In this document: positions 50,343 to 58,263 of the stretch, one piece after another
Numbering within the stretch: the stretch's first letter is position 1
How the letters are laid out: every line of letters begins with the position of its first letter
Assembly: GCA_035461305.1 (NCBI GenBank)
Contig: DATHVN010000157.1
Location: 2,271 to 66,270 of the forward strand
Direction: 5' to 3'
From: Euzebyales bacterium
Lineage (GTDB): Bacteria; Actinomycetota; Nitriliruptoria; Euzebyales; JAHELV01
Length of the DNA stretch: 64,000 nt
Program-made: the position numbers and the translations under genes
The notes under the pieces: generated by a model
Told to the model about the DNA's origin: nothing
The model's input: only the letters and a program-made list of their open reading frames with translations
Database searches by the model: none

Positions 50343-51866
50343 TCGTCCGGTGGTGGCTGGCCGTCCTCGCGCTCGCAGCGTTGCTGGGTGCGGTCCTCCA
50401 GCCGGCCGCGGTGGCCAGCGCGCGTCCGGTGCCGCTGGACCTGCCGCCCCCGCCGGTGACCCGTCCCCGCGCCACGGCCCGGGCACCCACGCATCCGGGT
50501 CTGGACAACCTGCTGGCGCGCCTGCAGCGCTCCCCCAGACCCGCCCCCGGGGTTCCGTCGCGCTGGCGGTCACCGCCGGTGACGGGGCGATGTTGGCGGA
50601 GTGACGGGCGCGCAGGCCGATGCTGCCCGCCTCGACGCCCAAGCTCGTGACCGCGGCTGCCGGGCTGCGCATCCTCGGCGCGGACCACAGGTTCGTGACC
50701 TGCGTCTACGCGACCCGCGCACCCGACGCGTCCGGCGTCGTCGACGGCGACCTCGTCATCGTCGGCGGCGGCGATCCGGCTTGTCCATCCTGACCTACGG
50801 TAGCCGGGTGAGCATGACCCGACCCGCCACACCGTTGCGCCGCCTGGCCGTGCGCACGGAACGTGGCGGGGTGGCGCGGGTCACCGGCCGGGTGCTCGCC
50901 GACGCGTCGGTCCTGGCCGACGAGCCGCTGGCCGGCGGCTGGCGGAACAGCTATCTGACGAGCCTGAACGCCACACGCGTGTCGGGCCTGACCGTCGATG
51001 CGGGCCTGCGGTTGTTCCGTCGCGACGGGCAGCTGCACGGCGCACAGCCGCCGATCCGGCGCGGAGGACCGCACACGAGCTCGACCGCCTGCTCGACCGA
51101 CGCGGCGTCCGCATCACCGGTGCGCCGGCCGTCGGGCGGCTGCCGCGGGGTGCCGTCGAGGTCGCCCGCATCGCCAGCCCCCCACTGTCGGAGCTGCTCG
51201 CGCACACCCTGCGGTTTAGCGACAACCACCTGGCGGATGGCATCTTCCGCATGCTCGGTGCGGCGATCGGCGACCCCACCTGGGGCGGCAGCGCGGACGC
51301 CGCGCGGGCGGCCCTGGCGGACGTCGGCGTCGCCTGGCGTGGCCTGCGCCTGGCGGACGGCTCGGGCCTGTCCCGCCGCAACCGCCTGTCCGCGAAGGCG
51401 CTGGTGGAGGTGCTCGCGGCCATGGCCGACGGACCGTTGCGCCGTCGGTGGCTGCGGCTGCTGCCCGTCGCGGGCCGGACCGGGACGGTGGCCGGCCGCC
51501 TGACCGGCACACAGGCCCGGTCGGGTGCACGCCAAGACGGGAACGCTGCACGACGTGCGTGCGCTCGCGGCCACCGTGCCCAGTCGCGGCGGGCACGACC
51601 ACCACATCGCCATCCTCGTCAACGAGGTCCCGACCTACGACGACGCTGTCGCCGCCCGACGGCTCGCTGACGTCCTCCCGCTCGCCGTCGTCGCCGCGGA
51701 CGACGGTTGCCTCGGACCGGTCCGCGCCCCAGATGGCACCGACCGCCGGCCGCCCGAGCACCACATCTGCGGGGAGCCGGGACCTACGCGCTCGCGCGCC
51801 ACGGTCGTCACGCGGGCCGTAGGGGAGGGCCTCGACCGCCCTGGAGAACGAGAGAGCCGCAGGTGA
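50339..51866 (+). pseudogene. dacB: D-alanyl-D-alanine carboxypeptidase/endopeptidase (PBP4, DacB) with four frameshifts and one in-frame stop
   Basis: Signal peptide VIVRWWLAVLALAALLG. The SxxK motif PASTPKLVTAAAGL follows a TGA at 50602-50604. Frame changes lie near 50550, 50783, 51060 and 51520. The terminal HAKTGTL (KTG) motif is in ORF 51525..51866. Confidence 0.7.
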
Positions 51867-52089
51867 TGCGGCGGAGGGGTCGTTCGTTGGCATCACCTGC
51901 GGCGGGTCCGCTTGCGCAGACATCGGGAAGTATGTCGCAGCCCGAGATCTTTAGCAAACATTAGCGACGACCAGGGTTGAATCGTTGGATCGGGACCATG
52001 CACGAACCCGCGACGCTGGGATGGGCTGGCTTTACGGACTGGTGGACGCACGGTTGAATGGGCGTCAGCGGAAGGGAGGCCGCCAGCGG

Positions 52090-52923
52090 ATGGCGCGCCA
52101 CGTACCTGAGCTCCTCACGCTGCATCAGGCCGCTGAGCGGCTCAACGTGCACTACATGACCGCGTACCGGTGGGTGCGCAAAGGTGAGCTGCCCGCGTAC
52201 AAGACCGGAGGACGACTTCGCGTCCGTCTGGCCGACGTCGAGCGCTTCCTCACCGAGCGGCGGCTCGACGTCGCCATGAGCATCGTGTCCACCAACCAGA
52301 CCGATTGGGACCGCCACGTCGACCGCCTGGTCGCGCACCTGCTGGCGGGCGATGACCGAAGCGCCCACGCGGACGTGCAGAAGGTGATCTCGGACGGCGC
52401 CACCGCGGGCAACGCCTACGTCCGCCTCATCACACCGGCACTGCACCGCGTCGGCACGGCGTGGGAGCACGGCGAGATCACGGTCGCCGAGGAGCACCGT
52501 GCCAGCCAGATCTGCGTCTCGATCGTGGCGCAGCTCAGCGACATGTTCCGGCGCAGCGGTGCCCCACGCGGGACCGCGGTGACCCTGACCCCGCCCGACG
52601 AGCGGCACGCGCTGGCCTCTGCGATGGTGGCCGACTTCCTGCGTGGCGCGGGGTTCACCGTCCATCACCTCGGCTCGGGCGTGCCAGCGAGCGACCTGGC
52701 GATCTTCCTGAAGGTTGTCCCCGCCGACCTGATCTGCTTCTCCATCACCCAGTCCATCCCGATCGAGGAGTACCACGAGCTGATGCGCGCCTGCCAGGAG
52801 GCCAACCCCGAGACGGCTGTGATCTTCGGTGGCCAGGGCGTCGATGAGGAGGCGGCAACCGCGGTCGGCGCGACGGTCCTGGTCGACATGGCCGGCCTCG
52901 CCGTGCACATCGAACAGCTCTGA
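52090..52923 (+). CDS. HTH plus cobalamin-binding-domain regulator (CarH/LitR-like architecture)
   Basis: ATG 52090 (GGAAGGGAGG RBS). N-terminal HTH LTLHQAAERLNVHYMTAYRWVRKGELPAYKTGGRLRV. W-x9-E-H (WEHGEITVAEEH). B12-domain DERHALAS...GFTVHHLG. Confidence 0.75.
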   Translation: MARHVPELLTLHQAAERLNVHYMTAYRWVRKGELPAYKTGGRLRVRLADVERFLTERRLDVAMSIVSTNQTDWDRHVDRLVAHLLAGDDRSAHADVQKVISDGATAGNAYVRLITPALHRVGTAWEHGEITVAEEHRASQICVSIVAQLSDMFRRSGAPRGTAVTLTPPDERHALASAMVADFLRGAGFTVHHLGSGVPASDLAIFLKVVPADLICFSITQSIPIEEYHELMRACQEANPETAVIFGGQGVDEEAATAVGATVLVDMAGLAVHIEQL

Positions 52924-53035
52924 CCGACCCTGCTGGTGCGGGCGTTTGGGCGCACCGCCGGGTCGCAACGATGACTCGGTAGGACGCGCTCCCGGGGCGT
53001 CGCACGAGCACACGCATGAGCAGAACGGACGCAAC

Positions 53036-54007
53036 GTGCAGCGGATGGCGGTCCTCACGAGCGGCGGAGACGCGCCGGGCATGAATGCGGCGATCCGTGC
53101 AGTCGTCCGGTCAGCGGACGCCCGCGGCGTCGAGGTCTACGGCGTCCACCGGGGGTTCGAGGGCCTCATCGACGGACGCATGACGTTCCTGAGCGCCCGC
53201 AGCGTGTCCGGCATCCTGCACCTCGGTGGCACGATGCTCGGCTCGGCACGGTCGGAGCGGTTCCTGACCGTCGAGGGACGGCGCAAAGCCATCCGGCAGC
53301 TCGAGGCCCACCAGATCGAGGGGCTGATCATCATCGGCGGCGACGGCTCGTTCCGCGGCGCGGATGCGTTGTCGCGCGAGAGCGGGATCGCCGTCGTCGG
53401 CGTGCCGGGCACGATCGACAACGACCTGTCGGGGTCCGACTTCACGCTCGGCTTCGACACCGCGGTCAACACCGCGCTCGAGGCAATCGACCGCCTCCGC
53501 GACACCGCGGCCAGTCATCAGCGGGCGTTCTTCATCGAGGTCATGGGCCGGGCCAGCGGGTGGATCGCACTGTGCTCGGCGATCGCCGGCGGCGCGACCG
53601 AGGTGCTGGTGCCCGAGCGCCCGACCGACATCGACGAGCTGCAGGACCGCATCCATCAGGCGTTCGCGATGGGCAAGCAGTACTGCCTCGTGGTCGTCGC
53701 CGAGGGTGACGACGCGGGCGGCGCCTTCGAGGTCGCACAACGGTGCGGCGAGGGGCTCTCCACGCTGAGCCACCGCGTGACGACGCTCGGACACGTGCAA
53801 CGCGGCGGCCCCCCGTCGATGCGTGACCGCATCCTCGCCGCCCGGCTGGGTGACGCCGCCGTCTCGGCGTTGCTCGACGGCGAGGACCGGGTGATGGTCG
53901 GCGAGATCCACATGGAGCTTGTGCGCATGCCGCTCGAGGAGGCCTGGAGCACCGTGCACCACATGCCTGCGGACCTGCTGGACCTCATGGACCGCCTGGC
54001 ACGCTGA
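53036..54007 (+). CDS. pfkA: ATP-dependent 6-phosphofructokinase
   Basis: VLTSGGDAPGMNAAIR, IGGDGS, VGVPGTIDND, MGR and HVQRGG. The start is GTG 53036 or ATG 53045. Confidence 0.9.
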   Translation: MQRMAVLTSGGDAPGMNAAIRAVVRSADARGVEVYGVHRGFEGLIDGRMTFLSARSVSGILHLGGTMLGSARSERFLTVEGRRKAIRQLEAHQIEGLIIIGGDGSFRGADALSRESGIAVVGVPGTIDNDLSGSDFTLGFDTAVNTALEAIDRLRDTAASHQRAFFIEVMGRASGWIALCSAIAGGATEVLVPERPTDIDELQDRIHQAFAMGKQYCLVVVAEGDDAGGAFEVAQRCGEGLSTLSHRVTTLGHVQRGGPPSMRDRILAARLGDAAVSALLDGEDRVMVGEIHMELVRMPLEEAWSTVHHMPADLLDLMDRLAR

Positions 54008-54027
54008 CGGTGCGGCGAGCGGCGCGC

Positions 54028-54597
54028 TCATCTGGAGAGAGCTTCGAGCCGCGCCTCGAGATCGGCACGCGGGACCGCGCCCAGGACCCGTTCACCGGTG
54101 CCCGCCTCGGCGTCGATGAAGAACCATGCGGGCTGGGCGACCACACCGAACTGCCGCCAGACCTCGCCGTCGACGTCAGCGATGGTGACCATGTCCTCCA
54201 GGCCGTGGCGCGCCACGAAGTCCTGCATGGCCGGGGGCTGGTCCCGGCTCGCGACGCCGATGATCTCGACCCTGTGGTCGTACTGTTGCACCACCTGTGC
54301 AACCTCGGGAGCCTCCCGATTGCACGTCGTTCACCAGGGCGCCCAGAACCAGAGCGCGAGGTCGTCCCCGGCATACTCGGCACCGTCGAGGCTCGTGCCG
54401 TCCACGAGCGTCACGGTGCCGAACGGCGCGGCGGGACCCGCCGACGGTCCGTCCGTGCCGACAGGTTCCGACCGCACCGTGCCGGCGGAGCCTGCGCTGC
54501 CGGTGCTGGACCCGTCGACGGTCGTGTCGACCGTCGCCGACCCCCCGCAGCCGGCCACGAACGCCCCGACGACCAGGAGCAACAGCACTCTTCGCAC
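54028..54597 (-). CDS. TlpA/ResA-like thiol:disulfide oxidoreductase lipoprotein with in-frame UGA (candidate selenocysteine, U-T-T-C active site)
   Basis: ORFs 54331..54684 and 54028..54294 share one frame. The TGA at 54333-54331 sits where the first Cys of W-C-x-x-C belongs (LALWFWAPW-TGA-TTCNREAPEV...). Lipoprotein signal VRRVLLLLVVGAFVAG|C runs from GTG 54597. A SECIS-like hairpin follows the TGA. Confidence 0.7.
54297..54325 (-). promoter_or_regulatory. SECIS-like mRNA hairpin 5 nt downstream of the in-frame UGA
   Basis: mRNA GUGCAA-UCGGG-(AGGCU)-CCCGA-GG-UUGCAC: 11-12 bp with a GG bulge. The G-containing apical loop lies about 20 nt from the UGA. Confidence 0.55.
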
Positions 54598-54677
54598 GTC
54601 CCCAAGGATATCGACCCGCTGGACCCACCGTGCCGAGCGGGACCGGAACCCTGAGGAGCGCGCCCTGGGGCCTCCCG

Positions 54678-54706
54678 TTGACACTGACTGACCGGTCGGT
54701 TAGTCT
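54678..54706 (+). promoter_or_regulatory. paaA promoter with overlapping PaaR-type operator
   Basis: TTGACA (54678-54683), 17 nt, TAGTCT (54701-54706). Inverted repeat ACTGACCGGTCGGTTAGT at 54687-54704. Confidence 0.6.
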
Positions 54707-54738
54707 CGTTCTCAGTCGCCGTGTGGGGAGCCCGACCG

Positions 54739-55677
54739 ATGAGCAGAGGCAGCCTGTCCAACGACGAGATGCGGGAGCGCATCGCCGCCGGACGCCTGGT
54801 CGAGGGCGTCGAGCACGCGTCGGAGGACTACCTCAAGGCGCTCGAGCGGACGCTGATCGTCTCCGCGGACACCGAGCTCATCAGCGCCCCCTCGTACCTG
54901 GGCGCGGCCTCCGCCGCCCCGAACGCGTCCAGCTACATGTCGATCGTCTCGATCATCCAGGACGAGGTCGGGCATGCCCACATCGCCTACCGCATGCTGC
55001 GCGACCTTGGCGTCGACGTCGACGAGCTCGTCTACGGGCGTCAGCCCCACGAGTTCAAGCACCCCTACGCCTTCGACGTGCCACTCGAGACCTGGCCCGA
55101 GATGATCGTGGCCAACGCGTTCTACGACCGTGCCGGCTTCGTGCTGCTGTCCGACGTGTTCGAGCACACGACGTTCGCGCCATGGAAGCGGGCGCTGGTC
55201 AAGGTCGACCGCGAGGAGACGTTCCACCTCCGCCACGGCGAGCGGTGGATCGCCAAGCTCTCGCGGGACGACGACGCGAAGCGCAGCATCCAGCAAGCTA
55301 TGGACTGGATGTTCATCCTCACGCTGGAGTGGTTCGGTCTGCCCGACGCGTTGAAGCGCCACACCGACCAGGTCGGCTACAGGCTGAAGGGCAAGACCAA
55401 CGACGAGCTGCGCCAGACGTGGATGTCTGCGGTCGTGCCGTTCTGCATCGAGCACGGCTTCGACGTGCCCGCCCACTTCGACGCCGAGGCGGACCGGTAC
55501 GTGATCGACTGCGCCTTCCCGATGGACTTCGACCCCGAGGCCAAGCAGTGGGACCACGCGAAGGGCGAGATCACCTGGGAGGAGGTCATGACCCGGTGGC
55601 GTGGCCGAGGCCCGGCCAACGAGCGGTTCGTCCGGCAGCTCCAGCGCGGCGTCGACCAGCTGTCGCGGGCGGCGTAG
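54739..55677 (+). CDS. paaA: 1,2-phenylacetyl-CoA epoxidase subunit A-like di-iron oxygenase
   Basis: ATG 54739 (GGGGAG RBS). Di-iron ligand motifs QDEVGHAHIAY and DREETFHLRHGERW. Confidence 0.85.
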   Translation: MSRGSLSNDEMRERIAAGRLVEGVEHASEDYLKALERTLIVSADTELISAPSYLGAASAAPNASSYMSIVSIIQDEVGHAHIAYRMLRDLGVDVDELVYGRQPHEFKHPYAFDVPLETWPEMIVANAFYDRAGFVLLSDVFEHTTFAPWKRALVKVDREETFHLRHGERWIAKLSRDDDAKRSIQQAMDWMFILTLEWFGLPDALKRHTDQVGYRLKGKTNDELRQTWMSAVVPFCIEHGFDVPAHFDAEADRYVIDCAFPMDFDPEAKQWDHAKGEITWEEVMTRWRGRGPANERFVRQLQRGVDQLSRAA

Positions 55678-55680
55678 GCG

Positions 55681-56034
55681 ATGACGGCGGACATGCTGCG
55701 TGACCGGGCGGTCGGGCACTGCGACGGATCGGTCGACCGCCCCACAGTGTGGTCCGCGCTCGAACGGGTCGAGGATCCCGAACTACCGCTTTCGATCGTG
55801 GATCTTGGCCTGGTCCGCCGCCTCGACATCGCGGACGGCGTGGTGGTCGTGGGGCTGACCTACACGTCGCTGGCGTGCCCGTGCGTCGAGATGATCCGCG
55901 AGGACGTCGAGGCGGCGGTCCGCACGGTGTCCGGCGTGCGGTCCGTGCGAGTCGACGACGTCCTCGAACCGTGGTCGCGCAACGACGTGACGCCCGAGGG
56001 ACGCGAGCTGCTGCGCGCCGTGGCGGTGGTCTGA
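55681..56034 (+). CDS. paaD: PaaD/PaaJ-like DUF59 domain protein (N-terminal module only)
   Basis: VWSALERVEDPELPLSIVDLGLVRRLDI...TYTSLACPCVEMIRED. It lacks the C-terminal Cys4 ribbon normally present. Confidence 0.75.
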   Translation: MTADMLRDRAVGHCDGSVDRPTVWSALERVEDPELPLSIVDLGLVRRLDIADGVVVVGLTYTSLACPCVEMIREDVEAAVRTVSGVRSVRVDDVLEPWSRNDVTPEGRELLRAVAVV

Positions 56035-56035
56035 G

Positions 56036-56245
56036 ATGGCGCTGCCAGGGCACGAGGGGATGCGCGCCTACGAGGTGTATGTCCGTCACGACAAGGAGCC
56101 GCAGCTGCACCAGGGGGGCGAGGTCCAGGCGCACAACGACGACGACGCGGTGATCTTCGCCCACACGCTGTACGACGAGCGCCGCTGGCAGGACATGTTC
56201 GTGGTACCCGCGTCCGCCGTTGTCCGCCTGATCGAGCCGGAGTAG
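56036..56245 (+). CDS. paaB: 1,2-phenylacetyl-CoA epoxidase subunit B
   Basis: 69 aa, YEVYVRHDKEPQLHQGGEVQAHNDDDAVIFAHTLYDERRWQDMFVVPASAV. Confidence 0.75.
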   Translation: MALPGHEGMRAYEVYVRHDKEPQLHQGGEVQAHNDDDAVIFAHTLYDERRWQDMFVVPASAVVRLIEPE

Positions 56246-56248
56246 CCA

Positions 56249-56581
56249 ATGGAGTACCTGGTGTTCGGCAGGACCGAGTACGCCGAGCCGCTCGCGCTGG
56301 TCACCACCGTCGAGGCCGCGTCCACGCCGACTGTCGACTACCTGGGCATCGGCGGCGACTGGCTCGAGCTGACGCTCGTGCCTGCCGACGAGATCATCTG
56401 GATCCTGCGCGACGGCGTACCGGTCGGCGGCGATCTGAGGGTGCGGGCGAGCGCCAGCGAGCCGGAGGGCGGGGACCCCAGGGTGCGGGCGAGCGCCAGC
56501 GAGCCGGAGGGCGGGGACCCCAGGGTGCGGGCGAGCGCCAGCGAGCCGGAGGGCGGGGACCAGAGAGAGGCGCTGGCATGA
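56249..56581 (+). CDS. PaaB-like paralogue with a repetitive C-terminal extension
   Basis: EYLVFGRTEYAEPLALVTTVEA...WLELTLVPADEIIWI follows the PaaB pattern. The tail is 3 x (D)xRVRASASEPEGG. The stop overlaps the paaC start (ATGA). Confidence 0.45.
   Translation: MEYLVFGRTEYAEPLALVTTVEAASTPTVDYLGIGGDWLELTLVPADEIIWILRDGVPVGGDLRVRASASEPEGGDPRVRASASEPEGGDPRVRASASEPEGGDQREALA
56432..56557. repeat. 42-bp in-frame tandem repeat x3
   Basis: Copies at 56432-56473, 56474-56515 and 56516-56557. Copies 2 and 3 are identical and copy 1 differs at 3 positions. Confidence 0.9.
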
Positions 56582-57339
56582 CGTCGCCGTACGCCGAGGC
56601 CACCCGCGAGGCCGCGGTCGACGACGGGATCGCCAACCTGATCGGGGTCGTGGCTGACAACAAGTACCACCTGGGGCGCTGGTTGTCGCAGTGGGCGGTG
56701 GGTGCACCCGGCCTCGAGAGCGCGGTTGCCGCGGCGGGCATCGCCCAAGGCCATTTGGGACAGGCCCGCGCGCTGTACCCACTGGTCGACGAGCTGATCG
56801 CCGGCGGGTTCGGCCGTCCCGACGAGGGCCGGACGCGCCGCTACAACATGTCCGCGCTCGACGACCCGTTCGAGACGTGGGCGCAGGCGGTCGCCACGAT
56901 GTTCCTGGTCGATCCCGCACTCGACGTCGTGCTGCGTGCGCTGCACCCACCGTTGGAGGACCAGTCGCGCCGGCTGGACCGTGTGCTCGACGAGTCGCGC
57001 TTCAACATCGAGTTCGCCCGCGGCCGTCTGGTGGAGCTGACCCGACGGTGGGAGCACGGGCGCAGCCACCTGACCGGCCCGCTCGCGTCCGTGCTGCCCG
57101 AAGTGCTGTGCTGGTTCGGGCCCGCTGACGAGGAGGGAGTGCGCATCCTGCGGGAGGCGGGCGTGCTGTCGGCCGACGGCGCGGGCATGCGCAATGCGTA
57201 CCTCGACATCGTCGCCCCCGTGCTGCTCGAGCTCGACTACCACGTCGGTGTGTCGGGGCGACCCGGCGACTGGACCTACGAGGAGCTGCCGTGGCAGGAC
57301 TGGAACCCGCTCCAGCGCCGCCTGGAGACGACGGACTGA
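56578..57339 (+). CDS. paaC: 1,2-phenylacetyl-CoA epoxidase subunit C
   Basis: 253 aa. LIGVVADNKYHLGRWLSQW...GIAQGHLGQARALY is the PaaC/PaaI-type ferritin-like pattern. Confidence 0.8.
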   Translation: MTSPYAEATREAAVDDGIANLIGVVADNKYHLGRWLSQWAVGAPGLESAVAAAGIAQGHLGQARALYPLVDELIAGGFGRPDEGRTRRYNMSALDDPFETWAQAVATMFLVDPALDVVLRALHPPLEDQSRRLDRVLDESRFNIEFARGRLVELTRRWEHGRSHLTGPLASVLPEVLCWFGPADEEGVRILREAGVLSADGAGMRNAYLDIVAPVLLELDYHVGVSGRPGDWTYEELPWQDWNPLQRRLETTD

Positions 57340-57494
57340 CCTGCCCCTGGTGTGGCTCGGGCGACGTCGAGGAGATCGCGGCGTACGGCTCGCTGCTCAT
57401 GACCGCGCAGTGGTACTGCAACGCGTGCCACAGCCCGTTCGAGCGGGTCCGCCACCGTGGCGCCGCCGACCGGGGGTCGCACGACGATGGGTGA
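57291..57494 (+). CDS. Stand-alone Cys4 zinc-ribbon equivalent to the PaaD C-terminus
   Basis: LTCPWCGSGDVEEIAAYGSLLMTAQWYCNACHSPFERV. The only ATG (57291) overlaps paaC by 49 nt, so the start is uncertain. Confidence 0.55.
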   Translation: MAGLEPAPAPPGDDGLTCPWCGSGDVEEIAAYGSLLMTAQWYCNACHSPFERVRHRGAADRGSHDDG

Positions 57495-58263
57495 ACCACT
57501 GCGCATCCACACCGAGGACGCGGCCCGGTGGATCACGCTCGACCGGCCGGAGGTCCGCAACGCCCTCGACGTTGCCACGGGGGACGCGCTGGCCGCGGCG
57601 CTGATCGAGGCCGCGACCGACCACGACGTGCACGCGATCGTGCTGACCGGCACCGACCCCGCGTTCTCCGCCGGCGGCGACCTCGACCGGTTCGACGAGA
57701 CCGACCACACGGCGTTCCGGTTCGCCAGCCACGAGCTCACGCAGGTCATCGGCCTCGCCGAGCGGATCGAGAAGCCGGTGGTCGCCGCGATCAACGGAGT
57801 CACCACGGGTGCCGGTGCGCAGCTGGCGCTCGCGTGCGACGTGCGGATCGCATCGCACCGGGCCCGCCTGCTGTGGCGCGAGGGGTACCTGGGCCTGCTG
57901 CCCAGCCACGGCGGCATCGCCCGTCTGGTCCAGCTGATCGGCCTGGGCCGGGCGCGCGACCTCGTGCTGGGTGGCTACGAGCTCGACGCCGCGGACGCGC
58001 ACCGGTTCGGCCTGGTCAGCGAGGTCGTCGCCCACGATGTGCTACACGATCGCGTCCGGGCGCGTCTGGCCCTGATCGCGCGCCGCAGCCCTGACGCGTA
58101 CGCCGTGACCAAGCGCGTGCTTGGGGCGGTTGGCGGCCTGCCCCTGGCGACCGGACAGGCGATCGAGACGCTCGGGCAGAGCCTGCTGGTGGGCACCGAC
58201 GAGTTCGCCGACCGGCTGGAACGCGCCCGCGAACGCCGGTCAGGCGGCGCCGAGCAGGCGTAG
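57487..58263 (+). CDS. Enoyl-CoA hydratase/isomerase family protein
   Basis: ITLDRPEVRNALD...TGTDPAFSAGGDL...AAINGVTTGAGAQLALACDVRIA. Confidence 0.85.
   Translation: MGEPLRIHTEDAARWITLDRPEVRNALDVATGDALAAALIEAATDHDVHAIVLTGTDPAFSAGGDLDRFDETDHTAFRFASHELTQVIGLAERIEKPVVAAINGVTTGAGAQLALACDVRIASHRARLLWREGYLGLLPSHGGIARLVQLIGLGRARDLVLGGYELDAADAHRFGLVSEVVAHDVLHDRVRARLALIARRSPDAYAVTKRVLGAVGGLPLATGQAIETLGQSLLVGTDEFADRLERARERRSGGAEQA

Noticed and set aside
50602-50604. An in-frame TGA inside dacB as a second Sec candidate.
   Set aside because: The gene has four additional frameshifts. The position is not a Cys or redox site in PBP4-type enzymes, and I saw no convincing downstream hairpin. It is most simply a nonsense mutation.
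54598-54684. An upstream GTG at 54684 as the start of the redoxin gene (as in the ORF track).
   Set aside because: That codon lies inside the paaA -35 box and PaaR operator and would leave no promoter. The GTG at 54597 gives a canonical lipoprotein signal peptide and follows a -10-like TATCCT.
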